20,000 bases of DNA from an uncultured virus (IMG/VR IMGVR_UViG_3300046468_001198) (Duplodnaviria > Heunggongvirae > Uroviricota > Caudoviricetes): IMG/VR virus record IMGVR_UViG_3300046468_001198; one strand, given 5' to 3'. The number at the start of each line of letters is the position of its first letter. Positions within the stretch are counted from its first letter, which is position 1. Under the pieces are notes generated by a model. That model was not told the DNA's origin, ran no database searches, and saw nothing but the letters and a program-made list of their open reading frames with translations. Below, piece after piece: positions 6,515 to 14,477 of this stretch. Both the position numbers and the translations under genes were made by a program.

Positions 6515-6946
6515 ATGAAAAAATTACTCACTACAGTTGCCCTCATGGGTCTACTATCAACCCCGGCATTTGCCGCAGACATTTCCGTCGACATGCTAAA
6601 CAAGCGTGACGATGGCGCTAAAATGGTTTACAGTGAAGACATCTCAGTTATCGAAGTAGGAGATTCAATCACATGGTTGCCAACATCAAAAGGTCACAAT
6701 GTAGAATTCATTGCTGGGCCAGATGGTTGGGACTCACCAAAGAAATCAAAACTATCAAAAGAATACACATATACATTTGACACACCAGGTGTGTACTTGT
6801 ACCAATGTACACCACACAAGAGCATGGGAATGATTGCTATTGTAGTTGTAGGTGAACTAACACAAGAAGGCGTTGATGCTATCAAAGACGCTAAGGTACG
6901 TGGCAAGTCAAAGAAGAAACTAAAGGCACTATTGGCTGACCTATGA
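6515..6946 (+). CDS. paz: Pseudoazurin (type 1 blue copper protein) with signal peptide
   Basis: Signal peptide ending AFA; copper ligands in GHNVE (His) and YQCTPHKSMGM (Cys, His, Met); VDMLNK...MVYS N-terminus and C-terminal helix typical of pseudoazurins. Confidence 0.9.
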   Translation: MKKLLTTVALMGLLSTPAFAADISVDMLNKRDDGAKMVYSEDISVIEVGDSITWLPTSKGHNVEFIAGPDGWDSPKKSKLSKEYTYTFDTPGVYLYQCTPHKSMGMIAIVVVGELTQEGVDAIKDAKVRGKSKKKLKALLADL

Positions 6947-7140
6947 GTAAGGTAACTGAAGATGCACAAAAGCAAGCCGAAGTTGCATTTGACGGCTTCA
7001 TCTTGTGGAGCAAACGCACTACCTATGCTTCAATAGCATTTTTGTTTATTGTTGCAAGTTGTAACTTTGGTGTTGAAGATGATACCTATCCAGGATACAA
7101 CGGAGAACAGTATAGCCCAACAGGACTAAGTACAGACTAA
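6943..7140 (+). CDS. aa3-type cytochrome c oxidase subunit IV-like membrane peptide with an acidic C-terminal extension
   Basis: QAEVAFDGFILWSKRTTYASIAFLFIVASCN resembles the QExTFxGFx+W...N pattern of Rhodobacter/Paracoccus subunit IV; ATGA overlap with paz. Confidence 0.55.
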   Translation: MSKVTEDAQKQAEVAFDGFILWSKRTTYASIAFLFIVASCNFGVEDDTYPGYNGEQYSPTGLSTD

Positions 7141-7247
7141 TGCACGGCGATAGGGGTAACATGAAAATAGTTTGGCTCATGTTAGCCCTATGCGTATTCC
7201 TACACATTGTAGTAATACCTATATGGATGAGGAGTCTAGGACTATGA
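7140..7247 (+). CDS. Single-TM peptide, 35 aa (MHGDRGNMKIVWLMLALCVFLHIVVIPIWMRSLGL)
   Basis: Not in the track. Exactly fills the gap, with a TAATG overlap at the start and an ATGA overlap at the end. Confidence 0.7.
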   Translation: MHGDRGNMKIVWLMLALCVFLHIVVIPIWMRSLGL

Positions 7248-7459
7248 AACCAAATAAAAACTTTGAATTAACTGTAAGAGACATTGAAGTTATCGAACAG
7301 GCACTAAGAGCAAAGGCTGGCCGTAGAGGATTGGCCATTGCACAAGGCGATGTATCGGAAAAGCTAAAAGAAGAAATGCACGAGATACAAGAACTGCTAG
7401 GACGTATACATCATCAAAAGGTATGGTATACTCCAAAAGAATTTGTTCCAGGCGGTTGA
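7244..7459 (+). CDS. Hypothetical protein, 71 aa (MKPNKNFELTVRDIEVIEQAL...LLGRIHHQKVWYTPKEFVPGG)
   Basis: True start is the ATG at 7244 with SD GAGGAG, not 7172. Resembles small Rhodobacteraceae hypothetical proteins from memory (unverified). Confidence 0.8.
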   Translation: MKPNKNFELTVRDIEVIEQALRAKAGRRGLAIAQGDVSEKLKEEMHEIQELLGRIHHQKVWYTPKEFVPGG

Positions 7460-7491
7460 CAAATACTAAATACTCTGTTACATTAGTAACA
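7456..7491 (+). promoter_or_regulatory. Sigma70 promoter overlapped by a perfect dyad
   Basis: TTGACA (7456-7461), 17 nt, TACATT (7479-7484); TGTTAC-ATTA-GTAACA (7476-7491); TAAATA inside the spacer (7467-7472). Confidence 0.6.
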
Positions 7492-7520
7492 CTACACACA
7501 TACACACAAAGGAGAATATA

Positions 7521-7850
7521 ATGAGCGTAGACACCAAATACGGCGAAGCCATCTTTAAACAAACACAGGAAGTTGCTGAAATGTTTAAAGCCGCAATGCC
7601 AAAAATCACAACAAATAAGAATGGATATGAAATCCGCACAAAAGTTTTAGAGATGGCCCAGGGCAATGTCTGGAACGACTATCATGCTAAATTTGGCGGA
7701 TGGGAACAAAGTGTAAAACGTGATCCTGAAACTGGTGAGATTGTAAATTCTGTTACAATGCCAGAAGTACCAGGAACAGACGCTGTATTAGAAGCGGCTG
7801 AAAAGTTTTACGAATTTGTAAATGGTAAAACTAGTAAAACTAAAGAATAA
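7521..7850 (+). CDS. Hypothetical phage protein (NKNGYEIR...AEKFYEFV type)
   Basis: Own promoter, CA tract plus AAAGGAG SD, and a downstream hairpin. Confidence 0.85.
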   Translation: MSVDTKYGEAIFKQTQEVAEMFKAAMPKITTNKNGYEIRTKVLEMAQGNVWNDYHAKFGGWEQSVKRDPETGEIVNSVTMPEVPGTDAVLEAAEKFYEFVNGKTSKTKE

Positions 7851-7886
7851 AGGGACATAGTCCTTACATAAAGTATATATAACGGC

Positions 7887-7916
7887 AGCCCCTGCGTTAG
7901 AAATAGCGTAGGGGTT
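7887..7916. terminator. Hairpin between convergent genes
   Basis: AGCCCCTGCGTTA-GAAA-TAGCGTAGGGGTT with a GNRA loop; G-U pairs favour the + strand RNA. Confidence 0.7.
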
Positions 7917-7924
7917 AATCACCT

Positions 7925-8698
7925 TTATGCGCCGTAAGAATCAGGATGATCTGGTTCGTCATCAACTAATAACATATCAAAACAGGCTGTGGTGCTACGG
8001 TTGTTGTCCCGTGGTAGAACTCTTATGTCAATGTCGGACTTCTCTGGATAACGGACAGGAAAACTAAAGTTGTATACATATTGTCCGCCGCCAGTGACAT
8101 CCCAAACATGCTGGGCTCTAAATAATCCTGTGCCTCCTATACGGGCATAAACATAACCTGAAAAGTCTGCGTCTTTCTCACCTGTACTGGTTACTTGATA
8201 AAGATATCCTGTTTTGCCTGCTGGTATGGTATAGATAGCCATTAGTGTTTGATTCAGTTGAGGTCGGATACACAATACCACTACACCGCCTTTTGATACT
8301 GATAGTTTTCCAACATTATTGCCTGTGCTTCCTGCGGCACCTACATAAGCACGATATACTCTTTTGAAACTGACTGTGCCTGCTACTGGTGTGACACCAT
8401 TAATCAAGATTGTTTCTGATACAACATTATAATCGTTGTCCAGTCCTTCTATTACAATATTAAAAGCACCTGTTCCTGTGCTGTTTACATCATCAGTGCT
8501 ATCGCTTACAACACTGAGTGTACCTGCTGTGTCAAAACTTGCCCACGGATAAACTGTATCGTCAACATCCCATACTGTGCCAAATTGATCGGAAGCGGCT
8601 TCGGCAATCTGTCCAAACTTGTGGATGTAACTGTGATCATTACTATTGTAGCCTGAGGCTACCATTTGTCTTAGATTGTAATGTTTTCTATTAGCCAT
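7925..8698 (-). CDS. Beta-rich phage protein, probably virion structural/decoration
   Basis: Gly/Thr/Val-rich with IHKFG...TVWD...YPW and MAIYTIPAGKTGYL motifs; lies in a late-promoter operon. Function is inferred. Confidence 0.6.
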   Translation of the reverse strand: MANRKHYNLRQMVASGYNSNDHSYIHKFGQIAEAASDQFGTVWDVDDTVYPWASFDTAGTLSVVSDSTDDVNSTGTGAFNIVIEGLDNDYNVVSETILINGVTPVAGTVSFKRVYRAYVGAAGSTGNNVGKLSVSKGGVVVLCIRPQLNQTLMAIYTIPAGKTGYLYQVTSTGEKDADFSGYVYARIGGTGLFRAQHVWDVTGGGQYVYNFSFPVRYPEKSDIDIRVLPRDNNRSTTACFDMLLVDDEPDHPDSYGA

Positions 8699-8913
8699 TA
8701 ACTAGCCCAAGGTCTGCCTAGTTTAAGGCCGCCAGTGTTAGGATTGTCAACCACGTTGTTGGTATCGTTATCACCAACTGCATAACGTGTAGGTAGTTGA
8801 GTTGCGTCTGCTGTAACATCTGCATAGCGTCCTGGTTGTATAACATTGCGAGCCGCTCTGTCTGCGTTAGCCTGTGTTAGTTTTGCATCTTGTCTTTCAC
8901 GTTTAGTTGGCAT
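8698..8913 (-). CDS. Small hypothetical phage protein (71 aa)
   Basis: TAATG overlaps with both neighbours. Confidence 0.75.
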   Translation of the reverse strand: MPTKRERQDAKLTQANADRAARNVIQPGRYADVTADATQLPTRYAVGDNDTNNVVDNPNTGGLKLGRPWAS

Positions 8914-9194
8914 TATTCAAACCCCCTTGGATCTTTAACTCTTATATCAGCTGGATCTTTCGGACCGTTTACTCCGCCGCCTGCAAGTGTTGTAACTGCA
9001 TCGACATCTGCAACTACTTCGTTTGGGCTGTTGCCTAATGGTCCTTTACTAGGATTACTTAACATTGCAAAGATCTGTTTAAAACGACTTGCCTCAGGCT
9101 CACCTTGTTCCGGTGCCGGCAATACTTCAGCTTTAGGCTCTTCAGCTTTGTCAAGTACATCTAATACTGCTCTTATAATATCTGTTGTTCTCAT
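8913..9194 (-). CDS. Hypothetical phage protein (93 aa, MRTTDIIRAVLD...)
   Basis: Start reassigned to 9194 because TATAAATA (9207-9200) lies 5 nt upstream; the longer version overlaps the oxygenase gene. Confidence 0.75.
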   Translation of the reverse strand: MRTTDIIRAVLDVLDKAEEPKAEVLPAPEQGEPEASRFKQIFAMLSNPSKGPLGNSPNEVVADVDAVTTLAGGGVNGPKDPADIRVKDPRGFE

Positions 9195-9202
9195 AATAAT
9201 AT

Positions 9203-9781
9203 TTATACAAAGTTTGGTCCGTGTACCCAACCAACTAAACTTTTGCGCACTCCTTTTGTTACTGGCTTGACACAATGAGGCATAGAACTAGGAAAGAACA
9301 CTGCTGAATTTGCTTGCGGCACAAAACTATCGGGTTGTCCTGGACTGCCTGGTATATTTAATTCGCCGCCTTCATAATTATCATTCAACAAAATACTAAA
9401 ACTAAGTTTTCTATTGCTTCCCATTGGATTATGTAATCCTGTGTCTGTGTGAACTTTATAATGTCCTCCAACACCGTACTCTCCGTACTGTACAGTCTCT
9501 AAATGTTGTAGATTCCAATGGTAGTGTTGATCATTTGCATACTTAACAAGATTGTTTAGTAACTCATATATAGAATGTGTTGCTTCGTCATTTATATCTA
9601 ACCAAGCAATATCTGTTTTTCGTACTTCATCATCGTCTGCAATGTTACTTTGTGTTTTAGCTGACTCTAGTTTATCAGCTGTAAAATAGTTTTTTAAAAA
9701 TTCTAAATGCTCGTTTGGAAATACATTTTCAACTACGAAAATATATTGACCGTTTAAATCTGGATTAACTAATGGTATCAT
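9203..9781 (-). CDS. 2OG-Fe(II) oxygenase (prolyl-hydroxylase/PiuC-like)
   Basis: HTD...RKLSFSILLND.YEGGEL...FPSSMPHCVKPVTKGVRKSLVGW gives the HxD...H...RxS set. Start reassigned to the ATG at 9781. Confidence 0.9.
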   Translation of the reverse strand: MIPLVNPDLNGQYIFVVENVFPNEHLEFLKNYFTADKLESAKTQSNIADDDEVRKTDIAWLDINDEATHSIYELLNNLVKYANDQHYHWNLQHLETVQYGEYGVGGHYKVHTDTGLHNPMGSNRKLSFSILLNDNYEGGELNIPGSPGQPDSFVPQANSAVFFPSSMPHCVKPVTKGVRKSLVGWVHGPNFV

Positions 9782-9786
9782 ACAAA

Positions 9787-9816
9787 TATTTAACCAATTA
9801 TATACGTAGATAAATA
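9787..9816. promoter_or_regulatory. Back-to-back late-type TAAATA boxes
   Basis: TAAATA on minus (9792-9787) and plus (9811-9816), each 5 nt from an ATG, within a 40-nt intergenic gap. Confidence 0.65.
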
Positions 9817-9821
9817 AGAAT

Positions 9822-11006
9822 ATGATAACCAAAAAACCTTTTCAAGATAAAATTAACGATCTAAAACAGGAAGGCAAGTACCGTGTGTTCAATGATATTC
9901 TCAGAGAGCGCGGAAAGTTTCCTAAAGCGATTTGGTACGGTAAGTATGCAATCAAAGAGATTGTAAATTGGTGTAGCAATGATTACCTTGGAATGGGGGA
10001 AAACAAAGTTGTCATAGATGCAATGCACACTGCACTAGATCAAACTGGTGCAGGCAGTGGTGGTACTCGTAATATTGGTGGTACTTCACACTATCACGTT
10101 GCATTAGAACACGAGCTGGCTAAGTTACATAACAAGGAGTCAGCTTTACTTTATACGTCTGCATATGTAGCAAATGAGTGGACGTTAGTTTCTCTTAAAC
10201 AAATCGTTTCCGACATTGTGTTTTTAAGTGATAGCATGAATCACGCAAGCCTTATACAAGGTATACGTCACAGTGGTGCCGACAAATTAGTTTGGAAGCA
10301 CAACGATATAGAGGATCTTGAAGATAAGTTAAAACAGTGTTCAGGTACTCCATGCATAGTATTTGAATCCGTGTATAGCATGGATGGGGATGTAGGACTT
10401 ATCAAAGACATTTGCGATTTAGCTGAACGTTACGGTGCGATGACCTATATAGACGAAGTACATGCCGTTGGGCTGTACGGAAACACTGGCGCAGGTATCT
10501 GCGAACAGATAGGGGAAGATCGAGTTGATATAATCAACGGAACGTTAGGCAAGGCTTATGGAGTACAGGGCGGATATATAGCAGGGGATGCTGTCATCAT
10601 AGATGCTGTCCGCTCTGTTGCTTCAGGCTTTATTTTTACTACGTCAATGTCTCCAGTCACTTGTGCTGGAGCATTGGCTAGTATAAAATATCTTAAAGAC
10701 CACAATGAACTTAGGGAACAACACCAACGTCAAGCAAAGCGTCTTAAAAAAGGCTTTGAAGCAAATGGTGTCGAAGTTGCTGAAACAACAACAACACATA
10801 TTATTCCTGTAATGATACGTGATGCTGTAAAATGTAAAGCAATTAGTGATAAACTTCTAAATGATTATGGAATTTATGTTCAACCAATTAATTATCCAAC
10901 GGTGGCTGTAGGACAAGAACGACTACGTTTCGCTCCTACACCAAAGCACACTGATGCAATGATTAGTGAATGTGTAAAGGCAGTAGCTGAGTGTTTAAAA
11001 GAATAA
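9822..11006 (+). CDS. hemA: 5-aminolevulinate synthase (PLP-dependent, Shemin/C4 pathway)
   Basis: [63 protein letters not shown] (PLP lysine), GFIFTTS and QPINYPTV...ERLRFAP are ALAS-specific motifs. Confidence 0.96.
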   Translation: MITKKPFQDKINDLKQEGKYRVFNDILRERGKFPKAIWYGKYAIKEIVNWCSNDYLGMGENKVVIDAMHTALDQTGAGSGGTRNIGGTSHYHVALEHELAKLHNKESALLYTSAYVANEWTLVSLKQIVSDIVFLSDSMNHASLIQGIRHSGADKLVWKHNDIEDLEDKLKQCSGTPCIVFESVYSMDGDVGLIKDICDLAERYGAMTYIDEVHAVGLYGNTGAGICEQIGEDRVDIINGTLGKAYGVQGGYIAGDAVIIDAVRSVASGFIFTTSMSPVTCAGALASIKYLKDHNELREQHQRQAKRLKKGFEANGVEVAETTTTHIIPVMIRDAVKCKAISDKLLNDYGIYVQPINYPTVAVGQERLRFAPTPKHTDAMISECVKAVAECLKE

Positions 11007-11683
11007 TCTTCTGCGGCTGTAGCAATACCTACGGCCATGGGTTAAGTGATATATCGTATCCGACTGGTAAGGTAGATTACTCTAAAGGTCCAAGTAAAAA
11101 AGGATACCCTAATAAACTTGCTAAGATGTTTAAAAGCAAAGTAATAAACTTATCAATGCCAGCGGCATCAAACAAACGTATTGGTTACAGTATAACTAGG
11201 CTAAAAGAATTAGGTTACGATCCAATTACTCCAGATGACGCTGTTATTTTTGCATGGACTTGGAAATTAAGATCTGCATGTTTTACTGATACATGGGGTG
11301 AAGAACTTTACCTTCATGCTAACCATTCTCCAGGGTCTCATTCACGAGCAAAAGTAAAGGCATCTAAAGCATGGCTTAAATTTAGAGCATTTGCTGATCC
11401 GGACGGAGTTGACTTAATGCACGAGAATGCAGTATGGATGAACTTTGGTAACACATATGCTAAACAGTTTACAAACAATGTATTCAACATTGCAGTAGGC
11501 AACACATGCCCGCCTGAATTTTTAGACATATATAACATAAGACTATTGCGAGATTACACACAACTTTTAGATGCTGGCGACAAGGCACTAGATGGAAGTC
11601 ACCCTGCAGAAAGTACACATCAAGTGTTAGCAGTTGACTTACGAGAAAGAATTATTGAAGCACAACTAATGAATAAAAACTAG
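10991..11683 (+). CDS. SGNH/GDSL-like hydrolase-fold phage protein
   Basis: N-terminal FCGCSNTYG, internal NLS...ASN and C-terminal DGSHP; GTG start. Confidence 0.6.
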   Translation: MFKRIIFCGCSNTYGHGLSDISYPTGKVDYSKGPSKKGYPNKLAKMFKSKVINLSMPAASNKRIGYSITRLKELGYDPITPDDAVIFAWTWKLRSACFTDTWGEELYLHANHSPGSHSRAKVKASKAWLKFRAFADPDGVDLMHENAVWMNFGNTYAKQFTNNVFNIAVGNTCPPEFLDIYNIRLLRDYTQLLDAGDKALDGSHPAESTHQVLAVDLRERIIEAQLMNKN

Positions 11684-11699
11684 AAAAGGAGTATCCCAA

Positions 11700-12131
11700 A
11701 TGCGAATACCAAATTTAAATATAAGAAAAGCATTGTGGTTCAGCCTAGGCTGTGTACTACTGGGAGTTGCGTTTGTTGGAATATACTTACCAGGATTGCC
11801 CTGGAGTACACCAGCAGTAGGCGCGGCATACTGTTTCGCAAAGTCAAGCGATCGTATGCATAATTACATAATGAATCATAAACTGTTTGGACCTTTCCTG
11901 CGTGGATGGTCAGAGAAGCGTGTCTTCCCTACTAAGTTCAAATACTTTATGATAATTACAATGACAACAAGTGTTGCGTTCATATGGTTCAGCACAGGTA
12001 ATATGAAAGCTGTACTATGGAGCGGAGGCTTTATGGCCCTTGTTGCTATATGGGCTTGGAGATATCCAGGGTCACACGAAGAACATCAGCGCCGTAAGGA
12101 TGCTGGTAAAAGGATAGCTTGGATTAAATAA
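11700..12131 (+). CDS. ybaN: YbaN/DUF454 family membrane protein
   Basis: LG...LGVAFVGIYLPGLPWSTP...AAYCFAKSSDRMHNYIMNHKLFGP; SD AAAGGAG. Confidence 0.85.
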   Translation: MRIPNLNIRKALWFSLGCVLLGVAFVGIYLPGLPWSTPAVGAAYCFAKSSDRMHNYIMNHKLFGPFLRGWSEKRVFPTKFKYFMIITMTTSVAFIWFSTGNMKAVLWSGGFMALVAIWAWRYPGSHEEHQRRKDAGKRIAWIK

Positions 12132-12135
12132 CAAT

Positions 12136-13056
12136 ATGCCAGAGATGAAAAGCACAAACTATATTGCAAAAGATAGAGAGTCAATGTATGATCCTATGGA
12201 AGATAGGATGCATGATGAAGATCCGTTTAGTTCGTTAATGTTAATTGACTTAATGACTACAGAACTATGTAACTTAACTTGCGAGTTCTGTCCAAGAGCT
12301 CACGGATATCCAAATCTAAACTTACACATGGATTTAAAGTTAATTGACAAAATAGGCAAAGAACTTGCCAACAGTCATTATAAGAATAGACTGTTGTATT
12401 GCGGCTTTGGCGAAAGTTTATTATACAAGCATCTAACTGAAAGTATACAACTGCTTAAAAAGCACATGCCATGGCAAGAAAATATACACATGGTAACAAA
12501 TGGTGATAGGCTTACTTACGATAAGACACTTGAACTACTCGACGCAGGAATCAATAAATTCTTTGTATCAATGTACGACGGTGAGTGGCAAGTAGAGAAG
12601 TTCACAGAACTATTTGAAAAAGTTGGTATGACTAAAGATCAATATATCCTGCAACACTATTACAAGCCACCTGAAGAAAACTACGGGTTTCTTTATCTAA
12701 GTAATAGAGCAGGATATTTGTTTGATCAAAAACTACCCGAACTAGGGTGTAACATTCCGTTCTATGCGATGAGCATACATTGGGACGGCGATGTACTATT
12801 ATGTTCACATGATTGGGAAAAGAAACAGATCATGGGCAACGTAGGCAAGCAAAGCATACAAGACATTTGGCTTAAAAGTAAAAAACTATGGGAATTTAGA
12901 CAAAGACTAGCTCAAGACAGAAACTGTCATCCTTGTAACAAATGTAATATCAAAGGTGTGCTTTATGGTAATGTTAGTAAAGATACATTGTTTGCTAACG
13001 AACAACAACTAGATCCTTCCAAAAAAGAAATTAAGATAAAAAACTTGACCAGCTAG
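12136..13056 (+). CDS. Radical SAM protein with C-terminal SPASM/twitch domain
   Basis: CNLTCEFC; C..PF...IHWDGDVLLC...GNV...SIQDIW...CNKC. Confidence 0.9.
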   Translation: MPEMKSTNYIAKDRESMYDPMEDRMHDEDPFSSLMLIDLMTTELCNLTCEFCPRAHGYPNLNLHMDLKLIDKIGKELANSHYKNRLLYCGFGESLLYKHLTESIQLLKKHMPWQENIHMVTNGDRLTYDKTLELLDAGINKFFVSMYDGEWQVEKFTELFEKVGMTKDQYILQHYYKPPEENYGFLYLSNRAGYLFDQKLPELGCNIPFYAMSIHWDGDVLLCSHDWEKKQIMGNVGKQSIQDIWLKSKKLWEFRQRLAQDRNCHPCNKCNIKGVLYGNVSKDTLFANEQQLDPSKKEIKIKNLTS

Positions 13057-13543
13057 GGTGTTTTATTTCAAAGTCTAACTGCTTTCGTTTGTTGGCAAGC
13101 TCGTAGTAGTCAGGACGATAAGGCACACTCTTTGGCTTCATAATAGTTTTATTACTCTTACGTGTATTACACGGGCCACATGCACTTACAATATTTTCCC
13201 AAGATGTTTTACCACCAAGGCTGATAGGGTGTACGTGGTCTAGTGTTAATTGTTGTTTGGAAAATTTGTTTAGGCAGTATTGACAATGGAACATGTCGCG
13301 TAGATGAACGTTGTATTTTGAGAAGCGAGGGTTTCGCCGCCGTCGATACATTTCTTTTAACATTATAACTGCTGGCACACGAGTTTCCCAATTTGCACTA
13401 CTTACTATCCAATCATCATACCAATCAAGAACTGTAACTTTATCTAACCAAATATAAGTTACTGCTTCTTTCCAGTTAATAGTTGAGGGTGGTAGTAGAG
13501 ATATAGGTTGCCCGTCTGCATTTAGAACGAGAGTATCGGCCAT
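13031..13543 (-). CDS. HNH endonuclease (McrA-like, Zn-binding)
   Basis: TLVLNA...RDMFHCQYC...LTLDHVHP..GG..SWENIVSACGPCN. Confidence 0.92.
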   Translation of the reverse strand: MADTLVLNADGQPISLLPPSTINWKEAVTYIWLDKVTVLDWYDDWIVSSANWETRVPAVIMLKEMYRRRRNPRFSKYNVHLRDMFHCQYCLNKFSKQQLTLDHVHPISLGGKTSWENIVSACGPCNTRKSNKTIMKPKSVPYRPDYYELANKRKQLDFEIKHPSWSSFLS

Positions 13544-13545
13544 TA

Positions 13546-13887
13546 CTACAAAGGATCTCCTATGTAAGCTATTGGTTCACCGTCTTGTCCGCTCATCACT
13601 AAACAATATGTTATCTCAGGTTTATTACCTAGTAAAAATAAAATAGTAAAACTACCATCGTCAGGATCCATAAGCATTTGCATCTTGCCGCTTACTTGTG
13701 ATCCTCCGGGTATGAATATTTTGCCGTCACCTTGTAATAACGGAAGTTCACCGTGTTGACCTTGTAGCATCGGCACTGGTGATTTTGTTGAACAAGTTAA
13801 AAACATAGGTAATTGAATAAACCTATCTTGGGCATATGCTGGCAATGTAGTAAACATACACATGAGTGCTATGATACACCATTTCAT
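13546..13887 (-). CDS. Exported hypothetical protein
   Basis: Signal peptide ending AYA; two cysteines in the mature part; SD GAGAGGA. Confidence 0.7.
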   Translation of the reverse strand: MKWCIIALMCMFTTLPAYAQDRFIQLPMFLTCSTKSPVPMLQGQHGELPLLQGDGKIFIPGGSQVSGKMQMLMDPDDGSFTILFLLGNKPEITYCLVMSGQDGEPIAYIGDPL

Positions 13888-13925
13888 TTTTCTTTCCTCT
13901 CAAAATTTATAGTTATATTTAACTA

Positions 13926-14477
13926 TTAAAAGAACTGGTTAATCATTTCATGACTACTTCGCTCTAATGCTTTTGACCATTGTCTCTGACTGTCATGTTC
14001 AAATACTAAGTCATTATCTGCATGAGCAATGAGCCAACTGTTCTCAGGTTTGAAAGGAGCTTGACCTGCGAACTCTGCGTCTAACTGTTTAGGCGCCCAG
14101 CCACTTACACCTATAAACATTCTATAAAATCTTGGAAGGTCGCCCATTGCAATCTTTTGTATCATGAACTCGTCTCCACTGATAGAAATACCTGGTGTAA
14201 CAGTTTGTGTTGTAGATGAATACCAACCATCTGAATGTAGCATAACTACTTGTTTGGTATTCAACGGGCCGCCAAACCGCATTGTTTCTCTTTGTGTTGG
14301 AATTGTCAAACCTCTACGACTAAAAAAGTCTGAAACATAAAACTCGCTAGGTTTGTTTAGGATAAGGCCTTGTGCGCCTTCGTGATCGTCTTTGTGTAAA
14401 AGAACTACACTTTTATAGAATGGGTCTGTGCTAGGTAAATTTGGGTGGGCTATTAAAAGTTTTCCCGCTCTGCTCAT
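13926..14477 (-). CDS. YqgE/AlgH (DUF179) family protein
   Basis: GKLLIAHP...DPFYKSVVLL...GAQGLILNKP...FGGP...GVSGWAPKQLDAE...SWL. Start reassigned to 14477 (ATGA overlap). Confidence 0.9.
   Translation of the reverse strand: MSRAGKLLIAHPNLPSTDPFYKSVVLLHKDDHEGAQGLILNKPSEFYVSDFFSRRGLTIPTQRETMRFGGPLNTKQVVMLHSDGWYSSTTQTVTPGISISGDEFMIQKIAMGDLPRFYRMFIGVSGWAPKQLDAEFAGQAPFKPENSWLIAHADNDLVFEHDSQRQWSKALERSSHEMINQFF

Noticed and set aside
6515..6946. Pseudoazurin as evidence of a phage denitrification pathway
   Set aside because: No nirK, nirS, nor or nos genes are in the window; pseudoazurin has other possible partners.
13031..13543. HNH gene as a homing endonuclease in an intron or mobile element
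   Set aside because: Neighbouring genes are intact, no intron-sized non-coding flanks exist, and the protein is the stand-alone McrA-like type.
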